A stretch of DNA of 64,000 bases from Candidatus Poribacteria bacterium. Its GTDB lineage: Bacteria > Poribacteria > WGA-4E > PCPOR2b. The translations under genes were made by a program, and so were the position numbers. The stretch covers positions 1,600,001 through 1,664,000 of the forward strand of contig OZ242351.1 in the NCBI GenBank assembly GCA_965208675.1. Direction: 5' to 3'. The notes beneath the pieces were generated by a model. It ran no database searches, had not been told where the DNA came from, and saw nothing but the letters and a program-made list of their open reading frames with translations. Below, one piece after another: positions 20,271 through 33,600 of this stretch (positions are counted from its first letter, which is position 1; each line of letters opens with the position of its first letter).

Positions 20271-22395
20271 TCAAATCGAAGTTTACAATCCGGATGCTGA
20301 CTTCGATCTGCTGCGGAGAAGCTATGAGTACAGTGAAGAGCACCACAGCGGCCAACAGCGCAGATCTGGCCACCCTTATTTCACGCACTGTCTTGAGACC
20401 GCCAAATCCCTGATTGATTTGAAGTTGGATGTACCCACAATCTGCGCCGGGCTTTTGCACGATGTGCTAGAAGATACGTTGGTGACCCGTGATGACCTTG
20501 CGCAGCTTTTCGGAGAGTCGATAGCTCAACTTGTCGAAGGTGTTACCAAAATCGGCACTTACCATTTCAAAGGCAGAACCCAGCAAACCCAAGCCGATAA
20601 CTACCTGAATCTGTTTTTAGCTACGGCAAAAGACATTCGCGTTATTCTCATTAAGCTCGCCGATCGGTTGCATAATATGGAAACGCTGTCATTCCTACCT
20701 ATAGGCAGACAGCAAGAAATTGCGAAGGAGACGCTCGAAATCTACGCATCCCTGGCTCACCGATTGGGAATAAATCGATTCAAAAGCAGACTGGAAGATT
20801 TAGCGTTCAAGTATCTACATCCCCTCGAATACAGAGAGATTGCGAGCCTGCTTGCGGAGAAACTTGATGAGAGGGAAGCATACACACGGAAAATGGAAGG
20901 GATAATCGTCCAAGAATTGGAGGCGGGCGGAATCAGAGCAAAGGTGCATGGCCGCCCCAAGCATATATACAGCATCTATCACAAGATTCACCACAAAGGC
21001 GTTCCCTTCGAGGAAATTTGCGATTTGATTGCGTTGCGAATCTTGGTAGAAACCACTACGGACTGTTATGCGGTGTTAGGGGCATTACACGGTAAATGGA
21101 AGCATATACCGGAGAGATTTAAAGATTTTGTTGGACTGCCCAAGAGAAACGGCTATAGGTCCTTGCATACCACAATCCTCGATCGGGATCGTCCCGAACG
21201 AGGCCGCCCCATAGAGATTCAGATTCGGGCATTTCAGATGCACGAAGTTGCTGAATATGGCATTGCCGCGCATTGGAGTTACAAGGAAGGGCTGCCGTCA
21301 ACATCAGAAAGCCAGTCTATTTTCGCGTGGTTGAGGCAGATGCTCGATGATATTCAGGAACTCAAAAATCCTTACCAGTTCATCCAATCCATGAAGTGGG
21401 AGTTGCTTCCTGATGAGGTTTACGTTTTTTCACCCAAGGGCGACCTGTATTCGCTTCCAGCCGAATCGACGCCAATCGACTTCGCATACAAAATTCATAC
21501 GGATATCGGGGAAACATGTTGCGGCGCAGAAGTCAACGGCGTGATATTACCGCTCAGGCACCGTCTGCAGAATGGAGACCGCGTAAGAATCATGACCAAT
21601 TCCAAGGCACACCCAAGCCGGGATTGGTTGCGGTGGGTCAAAACTACGCGCGCGCGAAACAAGATTCGGCACTGGTTTAGAGAACAAGATCGCGCACAAG
21701 CCATCGAACTTGGAAGAAGATTCCTCGAAATGGAATTGCGCCGCCAGCATCTTGATCTGCGGACTTATCTGAAATCGCCCGAGTTACTAGCGTTCGCGAA
21801 AACGCTGAAACTCCACACAATTGATGACCTGTTGATGCAGATTGGGAACGGGAAGGAATCCGCCGAACACGTTGTCAATGTGTTACACCCCGAACCAGAT
21901 ACGAGGGAGGGAAGGGAGGCGCCTGTAGATGCGGTTCGTCCGGCGCCGGCGATTCAGCTTGAAGGGATTGATATTGCGCTTGTGCGTATTATGAAGTGTT
22001 GCTACCCAATTCCGGGCGATGAGATAATCGGATATATTACACGCGGCCGCGGTGTCTCGATTCATCGGGCAGGATGTCCGCGTATAATAAATGAGACGGA
22101 ACGGGTCGTCAACGTCGAGTGGAAACCGGAAAATCTTACGACCTACCCGGCTGAAATAGCCGTGAAGTGTGATGATCGTCCCGGAATGCTTGGGGAGATC
22201 GCTACGTTAATTGCGCAATTCAAAGTGAACATCGTAAAGGGAAACCTCGCACACTCGTCAATGCCCGTTGAGGGAATGGCGCATGACCGGCTCACGTTAG
22301 CGGTGAACGGCATTGAGCAGTTAGAGGCGGTCATGGAGTCAATTCGTTGCTTGAAAGGCGTACAAACCGTTAGCAGAATCGCTGCAAGAAATTGA
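20248..22395 (+). CDS. rel: Bifunctional (p)ppGpp synthetase/hydrolase (Rel/SpoT)
   Basis: LLHDVLED (intact HD), KLADRLHNM, RPKHIYSI, PKRNGYRSLHT, EIQIR, TGS (TPIDFAY), CC-P-PGD, ACT domain. Confidence 0.96.
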   Translation: MSVEELINQIEVYNPDADFDLLRRSYEYSEEHHSGQQRRSGHPYFTHCLETAKSLIDLKLDVPTICAGLLHDVLEDTLVTRDDLAQLFGESIAQLVEGVTKIGTYHFKGRTQQTQADNYLNLFLATAKDIRVILIKLADRLHNMETLSFLPIGRQQEIAKETLEIYASLAHRLGINRFKSRLEDLAFKYLHPLEYREIASLLAEKLDEREAYTRKMEGIIVQELEAGGIRAKVHGRPKHIYSIYHKIHHKGVPFEEICDLIALRILVETTTDCYAVLGALHGKWKHIPERFKDFVGLPKRNGYRSLHTTILDRDRPERGRPIEIQIRAFQMHEVAEYGIAAHWSYKEGLPSTSESQSIFAWLRQMLDDIQELKNPYQFIQSMKWELLPDEVYVFSPKGDLYSLPAESTPIDFAYKIHTDIGETCCGAEVNGVILPLRHRLQNGDRVRIMTNSKAHPSRDWLRWVKTTRARNKIRHWFREQDRAQAIELGRRFLEMELRRQHLDLRTYLKSPELLAFAKTLKLHTIDDLLMQIGNGKESAEHVVNVLHPEPDTREGREAPVDAVRPAPAIQLEGIDIALVRIMKCCYPIPGDEIIGYITRGRGVSIHRAGCPRIINETERVVNVEWKPENLTTYPAEIAVKCDDRPGMLGEIATLIAQFKVNIVKGNLAHSSMPVEGMAHDRLTLAVNGIEQLEAVMESIRCLKGVQTVSRIAARN

Positions 22396-22425
22396 GCGCT
22401 TTTCGATTGAGTCACAGCGTGCCGC

Positions 22426-22659
22426 TCAACTTCCCGTTTCCAACGCAAGATCTGGCTCACCTGCGCCCGAAATCACCTTTACAACTTTTCCAGACTTTAG
22501 ACATCGCACACATATCCGAATTCGTTTGTTGCCAGCTTCGGTTTGAATTCGGACGCGCTGTAAATTTGGTAACCATCTCCGCTTGGTATGCCGGCGGGAT
22601 TTGCTTATTCTGTTGCCAGTCATCGGCTTTTTGCCGCATACGTAACAGATACGTGCCAA
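22426..22659 (-). CDS. rpmB: 50S ribosomal protein L28 (zinc-ribbon type)
   Basis: TTG start after GGAGG; ARICYVCGKKPMTGNRISKS...RRWLPNLQ...CVRCLKS. Confidence 0.95.
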   Translation of the reverse strand: MARICYVCGKKPMTGNRISKSRRHTKRRWLPNLQRVRIQTEAGNKRIRICVRCLKSGKVVKVISGAGEPDLALETGS

Positions 22660-22789
22660 TTTACCTCCCTCCCTTCTCAATTATTTGCATTCCAAAATAA
22701 ACGCAACCTGCTTAGCATATCATAATACATCCGTGAAATGCAAGGTTTTTTGGGAAACCGCCAACAATTCCGGCTCGCGCACTTCAGGA

Positions 22790-23578
22790 ATGAATTGGAA
22801 AGTGAAAACTCAAAATCTGTTTATCGTTGTTGGCTTCGCACTAGCTTATTTTGCCTGCGGTGACGACTCCCCAGTCGCTCCTCATCAGCAACCGGTGGCA
22901 CCTCAAGTCGGAGCGGTGTCCGGCATAGTCACCGATGCCAGAACGGACAATCCAATTCCTCATGCCACGGTAACGCTGTTGAATCAGACCACAAAAGTGG
23001 GTGTTAACGGGAAGTACATCTTTTCGCAAATCGCCTTTTCGGAAACCTTGAGCCTATCTGTCGAAGCCGCAGATTACGCAACTCAAACGCCGACATTTGC
23101 GTTGAATACCAAAAGCCTTGTGATTGACATCCCTTTAAAACCGTTAACGAATCCTGAACTGGAGATTCGGCAGTTTCTAAATACCCTTTCCAAACTGGTT
23201 GGATCGAACGGCGGAAACAATGTCGAAGCGATACAAGCGCATTTTTCGGAGTCGTACTTAGCGGGCGCCGACCCGGTCACCCGCTTTTTCGGTCTTCCAA
23301 CCGGAGTTATTCCGGCGAATCATGGACAGGTCATCTCATGGATCAATAAGCTCTTTGAAAAGTACAACACCATCGAATTCGATTTTTACGGCATAATGGT
23401 AGAAGTGACGCACACCCAAAAAGCTTCGGCGCAGTTGAACCTTGACGTGGTTACGGAAAAAGGCGTTCGATCTGAAAAACAAAAAATCGTCTCCGAATGT
23501 GAAATCTTTTTCCGCAAAGAAGCGTCTCATTGGAAAGTAATTTTCTGGCAGTTTTCCAAATTTGATATTCACCTGTAG
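22790..23578 (+). CDS. Putative lipoprotein with carboxypeptidase-regulatory-like domain and NTF2-like C-terminus
   Basis: Lipobox-like YFAC; VSGIVTDARTDNPIPHATVTL...GKY; ends ...WKVIFWQ. Confidence 0.65.
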   Translation: MNWKVKTQNLFIVVGFALAYFACGDDSPVAPHQQPVAPQVGAVSGIVTDARTDNPIPHATVTLLNQTTKVGVNGKYIFSQIAFSETLSLSVEAADYATQTPTFALNTKSLVIDIPLKPLTNPELEIRQFLNTLSKLVGSNGGNNVEAIQAHFSESYLAGADPVTRFFGLPTGVIPANHGQVISWINKLFEKYNTIEFDFYGIMVEVTHTQKASAQLNLDVVTEKGVRSEKQKIVSECEIFFRKEASHWKVIFWQFSKFDIHL

Positions 23579-23605
23579 CGTTTCAATTAGGGACGCGGTG
23601 TGTAA

Positions 23606-25618
<2,013 letters not shown>

Positions 25619-25655
25619 TTGAAGACACGCGCGGCTCCGGCACTATGCATTTTCC

Positions 25656-25684
25656 TTGACAGGTATATGCATCAAGTCTATAAT
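25656..25684 (+). promoter_or_regulatory. Consensus sigma70 promoter of dapF-dapA
   Basis: Perfect TTGACA-N17-TATAAT. Confidence 0.8.
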
Positions 25685-25720
25685 AGGCGCTAGCAAATAT
25701 CGCAAGACAGGACAAAGATT

Positions 25721-26545
25721 ATGGCAAAGATTCCCTTTATGAAACTCAGCGGGGCGGGGAACGACTTCGTGATTATTGACAATCTCAAGCGCATCGTCCC
25801 GTATGAAAACACGGATTTTGTGGCAAAGATTTGCGAACGCCGAATGTCTGTGGGCGCCGATGGGATTCTACTCGTTGAAAATTCGGAACAGGCCGATTTT
25901 AAGATGCGCTACTTTAATGCGGACGGCGGCGAAGCCGAGACATGCGGCAACGGCGCGCGCTGCATCTCTAAGTTTGCGCACATCAACGGCATCACTTCCG
26001 AGCGAATGCGTTTTGAAACGAAAGCTGGCATCTACGAATCGGAAATTCTCAAGTCCGGCGTCAAAGTGCGAATGAGCGATCCGACAGATGTGCGATTGAA
26101 CTTCCCGCTGCGGCTCAAAGACGGCGTGTGCACCGTCTGTTCCGTCAATAGCGGCGTGCCCCACGTGGTATTTTTTATAGAAGATCTCGAAGCGGCGGAC
26201 GTTGTTAATCTCGGCGCCCAAACACGCTATCACGGCGATTTTCAGCCCGCAGGGACGAACGTCAACTTTGTACGAATCAAAAACGAACGAGAAATCGATG
26301 TTCGCACGTATGAACGGGGAGTCGAAGATGAAACCCTCGCGTGCGGCACCGGCTCAATCGCGTCTGCTGTAATATCTGCACTGCTCGGAAAGACAATCGC
26401 GCCGATTGCGGTGCGGACGGCGAGCGGTTCTGTGCTTAAAATCCATTTCGAGCTGGATGATGGGTGTGCCAAAAACGTACATTTGGAGGGCGACGCGCGG
26501 GTTATCTACGCCGGTGAACTTGAAGAGGGCGCGTGGAATTACTGA
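25721..26545 (+). CDS. dapF: Diaminopimelate epimerase
   Basis: GAGNDF, NADGGEAETCGNGARC, GVPH, ERGVEDETLACGTG. Confidence 0.97.
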   Translation: MAKIPFMKLSGAGNDFVIIDNLKRIVPYENTDFVAKICERRMSVGADGILLVENSEQADFKMRYFNADGGEAETCGNGARCISKFAHINGITSERMRFETKAGIYESEILKSGVKVRMSDPTDVRLNFPLRLKDGVCTVCSVNSGVPHVVFFIEDLEAADVVNLGAQTRYHGDFQPAGTNVNFVRIKNEREIDVRTYERGVEDETLACGTGSIASAVISALLGKTIAPIAVRTASGSVLKIHFELDDGCAKNVHLEGDARVIYAGELEEGAWNY

Positions 26546-26582
26546 AGACTATAGGCTATCAAGATATTGAAGGAGGTTTCGC

Positions 26583-27458
26583 ATGTTTGAAGGATCCTTT
26601 GTGGCTATCGTAACGCCGTTCAAAGACGACGAATCGCTCGACGAAAGCAAACTCAAGGAACTCATCGAATTTCAGATTGCTGAAGGGACGCACGGAATTG
26701 TCCCTTGTGGGACCACTGGAGAATCGCCGACGCTTTCCCACTTGGAACACGACCGAGTTGTTGCACTGACCGCCGAAACAGTTAACGGCCGCACGTCTGT
26801 AATCGCCGGATCGGGTTCAAATTCAACCGCAGAGGCGTTGCGGTTGACGAAACACGCCAAGTCAGTTGGAGCTGACGGTGCGCTGGTTATCACACCCTAC
26901 TACAATAAACCGACGCAAGCTGGCCTATACGCACACTTCATGGCAATCGCTGATGCCGTCGAAATCCCCATTATCATCTACAACGTCCCCTCACGCACTG
27001 GCATAGACATTCTCCCCGAAACGCTCGCCAAACTCGGTGAGCATCCAAATATTGTCGGCACCAAAGAGGCGACCGGACTGGTCAGGCGTTCCAGCGACAT
27101 TGTGCAGATGTGCGGTGAGGATTTTATCATCCTGTCCGGAAACGACGATGACACTTTTCCAATTCTAGCTGTCGGCGGGAATGGGGTAATCTCCGTCGTT
27201 GCCAACGTTGCGCCCGCCGATGTTGCAGAGATGTGTAACGCTTTCAAAGCGGGCAACATCGAACTCGCCCGTAAACTCCATTACAAAACGCTGCCCCTCG
27301 CGGTAGACCTCTTTATCGAAACAAATCCCATCCCCGCTAAGACCGCCCTCATGTTGATGGGCAAACTCAACGGGAAGATGCGGCTTCCGCTGGCGCCAAT
27401 GGCAAGCGCAAATGTGGAGAAGCTCCGCCGGACATTGGCGGATTCCGGCTTGCTTTAG
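26583..27458 (+). CDS. dapA: 4-hydroxy-tetrahydrodipicolinate synthase
   Basis: GTTGESPTL, PYYNKP, YNVPSRT, KEA, ETNPIP. Confidence 0.97.
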   Translation: MFEGSFVAIVTPFKDDESLDESKLKELIEFQIAEGTHGIVPCGTTGESPTLSHLEHDRVVALTAETVNGRTSVIAGSGSNSTAEALRLTKHAKSVGADGALVITPYYNKPTQAGLYAHFMAIADAVEIPIIIYNVPSRTGIDILPETLAKLGEHPNIVGTKEATGLVRRSSDIVQMCGEDFIILSGNDDDTFPILAVGGNGVISVVANVAPADVAEMCNAFKAGNIELARKLHYKTLPLAVDLFIETNPIPAKTALMLMGKLNGKMRLPLAPMASANVEKLRRTLADSGLL

Positions 27459-27646
27459 GCAATCGCCGTAGGTGAAAGATACCACGCCTTCCGAAATTGT
27501 TTCATCAGTCTTTTAGTGAATGCTGTTTGGATTGTCAACTCCAAGCGCCGTTTCACCAATCAGTTCAGATTGGTCAATCAAGGTTGTGCACCACGAATTA
27601 GAATTGTTCGCGCTGTCGCAGTGAAACTCACGAAATATAACGGCTG

Positions 27647-29329
27647 ATGTTAGATAAAAAACGGAAACTGGTATTAGCGGGAATTGCCTTCCTTTCAATC
27701 TGCACCCTTGCAATATTTGGGTCGAAGCACCTTGAACAACCCAATGCTCTCGTTTGGTATAGCATCGTCCCGCCGCTTTTCGCAGTCACATGCGCTATTG
27801 CAACGAATCGGCTCATGTTGAGCCTCGGATTAGCTGTAGTTGCCGGCATTGTCCTCTCCTCGGTGAAAAACCAGCCTGCTTCCATCTGGATGTGGGTTCC
27901 CTCCGTGTTCAATCATACCTATTCGGTGGGGAAGTCCGTCGCAGTCTCATTTAACCTCCTCGTGATTCTCTTCATCGCGCTGATTCTATCGACAATTTCG
28001 GTGGTAATCGTTTCCGGCGGCATCCAAGGCATAATCAATTGGCTGACCCGATTTGCGAAAGGACCGCGCTCAACCCAGTTTGTCACGGTGCTCATGGGGT
28101 TTGCGGTTTTTATCGACGACTATGCCAACACAATGATTGTTGGATCTTCGATGCGGCCCGCAACCGACTACCAACGCATTAGCCGCGAAAAACTGGCGTT
28201 CCTCGTAGATTCCACGACTGCCCCAATTGCGGGACTCGCCGTAGTAAGTACATGGATTGGGTATGAAGTTGGGTTGTTTACCCAGGTTGCGAACTCAATC
28301 GGAATACAGCGGGATGGCTACTCCATGTTCTTTGATGCGTTGGGATTCCGATTCTATTGCATGATGACGATTATTTTTGTTATCGCGAACGCCGTCAGCG
28401 GCGTGGATTACGGACCGATGCGGAAGGCGCAAATGCGTGCAAGAAAAACAGGGGCAGTGGATTCCGGGGAGGCAAGGTCGAAATCGTCAAGAGTATTCAC
28501 GAAATTGAAGCATTCGCCTTCAGCTATTATCCATCCGCTCGCCGCAATTATTCCTATTGGGACGCTTTTCGGCGCAATGTTGATAGGGTTTTGGATTGAC
28601 GGCGGGCGCAGCGGTTCTATTCTCTCTCTATCAGATTGGCGGGATGCGTTATCTAACGCAAACAACGTAAAAATTCTTACGATTGCGTCCGGAAGCAGCT
28701 TTCTTTTGGCAATCGTGTGCGCGAAGGTGTTTTCTCGGATTAACCTATCCGAAATTGGGGTGGCAATACGCTCGGGCCTTAAGGGCAGCCTGCTGCCGAC
28801 GACAATTCTCGTCCTAGCCTGGGGCTTGAAGGCTGTATGCGATCAACTTTCTACGGGCGGTTTTCTCGCGGCGGCGGTCGAAGGCGTGCTTTCGCCGTTA
28901 TGGTTCCCAGCGCTCCTCTTTATCGCGGCGTCCGTGACCTCTTTCGCCACCGGCACGAGCTGGGGTACGATGGCGATACTTATCCCAACTGCCATTCCAG
29001 TCGCTTATTCACTTGATGGCAACGTCTACGGATTAACAACAATGATTAGCTTAGGCGCAGTGCTAGACGGATCAATCTTCGGCGACCACTGCTCGCCCAT
29101 CTCCGATACCACAATCATGAGTTCCATCGCAAGCGATTGCGAACCCATTCACCACGTACACACCCAACTCCCGTACAGCCTAACTGTTGCAGGACTAGCA
29201 CTTATCTGTGGGTATATTCCGGCAGCACTAGGAGTTTCATCCTACTTGGCAATCGGCGTCGCGGCGGCTTTAATCGTTCTGCTGTTTTATATAGTCGGTA
29301 AGATTGGCGACCGTCAACAATTGGCCTAG
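27647..29329 (+). CDS. NhaC-family Na+/H+ antiporter-like transporter
   Basis: FIDDYAN, SREKLAFLVDSTTAP, FATGTSWGTM, FGDHCSPISDTTIMSS, HVHTQLPY. Confidence 0.9.
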   Translation: MLDKKRKLVLAGIAFLSICTLAIFGSKHLEQPNALVWYSIVPPLFAVTCAIATNRLMLSLGLAVVAGIVLSSVKNQPASIWMWVPSVFNHTYSVGKSVAVSFNLLVILFIALILSTISVVIVSGGIQGIINWLTRFAKGPRSTQFVTVLMGFAVFIDDYANTMIVGSSMRPATDYQRISREKLAFLVDSTTAPIAGLAVVSTWIGYEVGLFTQVANSIGIQRDGYSMFFDALGFRFYCMMTIIFVIANAVSGVDYGPMRKAQMRARKTGAVDSGEARSKSSRVFTKLKHSPSAIIHPLAAIIPIGTLFGAMLIGFWIDGGRSGSILSLSDWRDALSNANNVKILTIASGSSFLLAIVCAKVFSRINLSEIGVAIRSGLKGSLLPTTILVLAWGLKAVCDQLSTGGFLAAAVEGVLSPLWFPALLFIAASVTSFATGTSWGTMAILIPTAIPVAYSLDGNVYGLTTMISLGAVLDGSIFGDHCSPISDTTIMSSIASDCEPIHHVHTQLPYSLTVAGLALICGYIPAALGVSSYLAIGVAAALIVLLFYIVGKIGDRQQLA

Positions 29330-29429
29330 GTCGTGGCAAATTTTATGTGAAATTGTCGATAACCGTTGGGGCGAGGTCTCCGCGCCCATTGACCAACCCA
29401 GACCGCGCACAGCCGACTACCCAGGTTTT

Positions 29430-29570
29430 GTGGGTTGGGCTGATCCTTCGCTATCCGCTCAATCGATCGTTGCGTATCGCGACCATTTAACATATAATAT
29501 ACGCCTTCATTTACCGAACTCATACATCAAAATTCGCATGATACATCATATCCGCTCCACCCTACCTACG
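29430..29570 (-). repeat. GTAG-type REP-like element
   Basis: Minus strand GTAGGTAGGGTGGAGCG ... TAGCGAAGGATCAGCCCAAC, resembling the element at 14785. Confidence 0.45.
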
Positions 29571-29616
29571 TAATCTGAATTTTGTAACGTTAGTCGAATC
29601 GACGGGAGACATTTAA

Positions 29617-30606
29617 ATGACGCTCAAGGAACACATTGACGATATATGTAAACGCCTAGAAAGAAACGAATTCAAGTCAGAGGATAACGTGTCAAACGGA
29701 ATCGTGCGGCGATTACTAGATGCGCTATCTTGGCCAGTGTATGATATGACTGTTGCCATTTCTGAATTCCCAGTGGAATCGAGAAGAGTAGATTTTGCTC
29801 TCTGCCATCCGCCAAAAAATCCGCTGGTTTTCGTTGAGGTCAAGCAAATAGGCAAACTTGATGAAGATGCAGAGAAACAACTGTTTGAATACGCTTATCA
29901 CGAAGGCGTCCCAGTGGTCATCCTCACCGACGGCAGGGAATGGCACTTTTTCCACCCGATTGGGCGAGGGAATTACAAAGAACGCAAGGTATACAAACTG
30001 GATTTATTCGAAATGGGCAGTGAGGAAAGCGCTCAACTTCTGAGCAGATATCTAAACTATGAGTCGATACGCACTGGTAGCGCTATTACGGCTATCGAAA
30101 ACGACCATCGGGAAATTTCCATGCGACGGCAAATTGAAGACGTATGGAACACATTGCTGCAACAAGAGGCCGCGCTGATAGAATTAATAGCAAGCGAAGT
30201 TGAAAGTCGACATGGTAACAAGCCAAGCAGTGAGCAGGTGGTAAATTTCCTGAAAAACCCGCCTCAGCTTGAGTCTAATCCGAAAGAAATTCCCCTCCCA
30301 CCCATACCGAGCCCTCCGGTAATATCGTCCTCGCGCTTTGTGGTTACTATGCCCGATGACGAGAGGATTGATCGTCCCATTGCAGCAGATACCTTCGCCG
30401 ATGTAATTGAAAAACTAGGGTTAGAGCAAGTGGAAAAAGTGAAACCTAAACTCATATCAACTTCCAACGCCTATAGTAAATTCCGGAAGAGAGGTCGGTA
30501 TTATATAAACATCAGCCTTAATAACGACCAAAAGAAAAACTACCTCGAAGACATTGCCGAGGCGCTAGGTGTGCCACTGAAAGTAAACATCGTCCCAAAA
30601 AATTAA
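29617..30606 (+). CDS. Stand-alone HsdR_N-type PD-(D/E)xK endonuclease with accessory C-terminal domain
   Basis: EFPVESRRVDFAL...FVEVK, QLFEYA, ILTDGREW; Pro-rich linker before a C-terminal domain of about 95 aa. Confidence 0.8.
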   Translation: MTLKEHIDDICKRLERNEFKSEDNVSNGIVRRLLDALSWPVYDMTVAISEFPVESRRVDFALCHPPKNPLVFVEVKQIGKLDEDAEKQLFEYAYHEGVPVVILTDGREWHFFHPIGRGNYKERKVYKLDLFEMGSEESAQLLSRYLNYESIRTGSAITAIENDHREISMRRQIEDVWNTLLQQEAALIELIASEVESRHGNKPSSEQVVNFLKNPPQLESNPKEIPLPPIPSPPVISSSRFVVTMPDDERIDRPIAADTFADVIEKLGLEQVEKVKPKLISTSNAYSKFRKRGRYYINISLNNDQKKNYLEDIAEALGVPLKVNIVPKN

Positions 30607-30664
30607 GCCGATTAAATTCATGCGCTCCCAAATTTGCGCGCTGCCGATTGGTTCGTTCAACCGT

Positions 30665-33600
30665 TCACGCAAGCACCAGAGATTCACCCTTCCCAGTTAA
30701 TTCTTCCCGCTCAATCATCAACTCTATGATTAATTCAACTCGCCGCCGCATCTCCGTACTGACCGATTTGAATCCAAACAGCTTGCAAACCTCGCGGGTT
30801 AAATCACCAGACTCAATCCCAAAAGCGTGAGAAACAACCTGCTTGATAGCCGTCTCTATCTCCTCGGGCGCTATTAGCTCCAACTTTCGCGACGCGTTCG
30901 GGAGCTCGCTCCGGTCTCGCACGATGTTGACCTGTCCTTGATCCTTCAAGTAGAAAAAATCACCTCTAATCTCAATACTTCCGGATCGCGCCGCCTGTCT
31001 GGCAGCGGCTTTCACTGTGTTTTGGATTCGGTTGCCAACACGGTTTACACCTACCGCATTTGCGATGCGTCTCGCCGCTTCGTCGAAATGCACGGGACTC
31101 TCGATTTCAACAACCCGCTGAATCCACCCTTGCATCTTCAACGGCGGAACCTTATGCAGGCTAAGCCCATTAGTGGAAATAACTAATTCAGTGAGTTTGT
31201 ACTTTTCAGCGAGGGAATTCTCCCGCAATTCCGATTCGGAATGAACTGGTGTATCCTCAGAATCTCCCGCCGGTTCTTCATCGCCGTTATTGGAATTGGC
31301 GCTGTCGTCTTCAGGAGAGGGTTCAGGCGCCGAAGGAATGTGTACCCTCGCCGCCTCGATCGCCTCAACCGCCTTCCTGAGTTCTTTGTCGCAAGTTCTA
31401 AACCAATCGGTACTCCAGATACGGTGGACCCGCCAACCGAGTCCTTCAAGCACCTGCTGCCGAAGCCGGTCGCGGTCGCGTGCTGATTGTGCGCTGTGAT
31501 AGGTGGCGCCGTCACACTCAATGCCCAGCAGATAACGCCCCGGACGTTGCGGGTCTTTAACGCCGAGATCGATAAAATAACCAGATGAACCGATTTGATG
31601 TTCAACTTGGTAGCCAAGGTTGCGCAGCGCTTCTGCGACCTCCTCCTCAAACTGCGAACCCGCCTCTCTGCCCGACTCCCTGGGAATCTCAAGGTCGCCC
31701 GTTTCTGCATATTTCAGGTAACGTTTGAGTGCAGCGACACCGCGGGCCTCCGTACGGCTCAGGTCAATATCATCGCCTTTCAGGTTGGTGAACACTTCAC
31801 AACGCCGCCGCGCCCGTGTAATCAATACGTTCAACCGCCGCTCTCCGCCGTCTTGGTTGAGCGGACCGAAGTTCATCGTGAGATGTCCATTGGCGTCTCG
31901 CCCGTAACCGATGCTGATAAAAATGACATCGCGTTCATCCCCCTGGACATTCTCCAAATTTTTGACGAAAAACGGTTCTTCCGGGTGGGCGTTGAAAAAC
32001 GTCTGTTCGCACGACGAATCTTCCCGCCGCAGGAGTTCGAGTTCATTCTGAACCGCCTCCATCTGAGTCGTGCTGAACGTCGCAACGCCGAGCGTGAAAT
32101 TAGGGCGGTTGCGGGCATGTTCCATCACCCGCGCCGCGACGAACCGCGCTTCCGCTTTGTTTCTTCCACTCCGGCCGCGGTCATAAGCAGTATCTTGTAG
32201 GTAATGGTAAATTAACCCGACCTCCTCCTTCGCGGCGTCCGGGCTTGGAAAGAGTTGCAGCTTATTTTCATAAAATTCAATGTTCGACACCGTAATTAGC
32301 GATTCGTGCCGGCTGCGGTAGTGCCAACGCAGCATACGGGTCGGTGCGTTCTGCGCGCTAAATAGACCCAGTATGCTCTCCATATCGCCGGCAAGGTTTT
32401 CTTCCGCGTCGAGATCCTCGTCATCATCCGCTATGTGTTTATCGAAAAAACGGGTTGGCGGAAGCTGGCGGTTATCTCCAACGACGACGGCTTGGCCGCC
32501 CCGAATAATCGCTCCGAACGCGTCGACGGGTTTGACTTGGCTAGCCTCGTCAAACACCACCCAATCAAAATCAACACTGTTAGGCGGCAGGAATGTTGCT
32601 ACCGACAGCGGGCTCATCATGAATACCGGTTTGATCGCTTGTATCGCATTCCCCGCTTTGGTCATTAGCTGGCGAATTGGCAGATGCCGCCGCTTTTTCT
32701 CAAATTCACGCCTGAGCAGTCCCAACTGCCCGCTAGACGCTTCGTACTGGGGCAAATTACTCCTATGTTCGTATGCAACATTTGCCTTGTTGTATTCAAG
32801 CGAGAGACGGTCTAAATCCTTGAATCGTTCGACCGCAAACTGGTGTGCATCACCGGTAAAACTTGCAAGGATTGGCCGTTCCCGCATTGCAGTCTCAACT
32901 TGTGCGCCGTGCCAAACATGTTTAAGCAAATCCGGCAAAAACTGGCTCGCCTCTTGCCAATCACTCGCAACCCTAACAATCTCGTCAAAGCCGCTATCAT
33001 TCAGCGCTCCGGCTAAGTGATTAAAGTTGACGACTTCTTGAAGCCGCTCAGATTCTTTTTTCCAACCTTCGAGAATGTGCGCTTGCTCCGTAAATGGACG
33101 CGCTTTTAATTCATTTTCAGGTCCAAATCGCACGGTTTCGTCGAGTTGAATCATTTCAACAACAGTTCGAAGGAGCTGCGGATGCCGATTATAGTGTTCC
33201 TCAACCGCCGCAACCAAGGACCGAAGTGTTGCCGAATCCGGGTTTGACGCGAGGTAGTCAATTAACGCTTCCGGCAATTCCCCGCGTTCCACCGATTGGT
33301 GCAATGTCAAAAGGTATTGGGAGATCTCTTGAAGTCCGCGCCAGTTGGAAGACTTTCCTTCCCAGCGCGTACCGTACAACTGTTTACCGACGCCTTGAAT
33401 CTTTTGAAGGCGCGGTCGTTCACGCTGCGATTCCAGAATCGCGTCCACAAGTCGGAGCCGCACACCCTGTGCTTTGGGCAGTTCCAGCTTACACAACCCA
33501 GCAAGTTCATTGCGGGCGCGTCGAAATTTCCGCGAAAACACGCGCCACCACTTGTCTCCCTGCGCCGCCAACACCTTACGAATCTCCAGAACGCTCTGCT

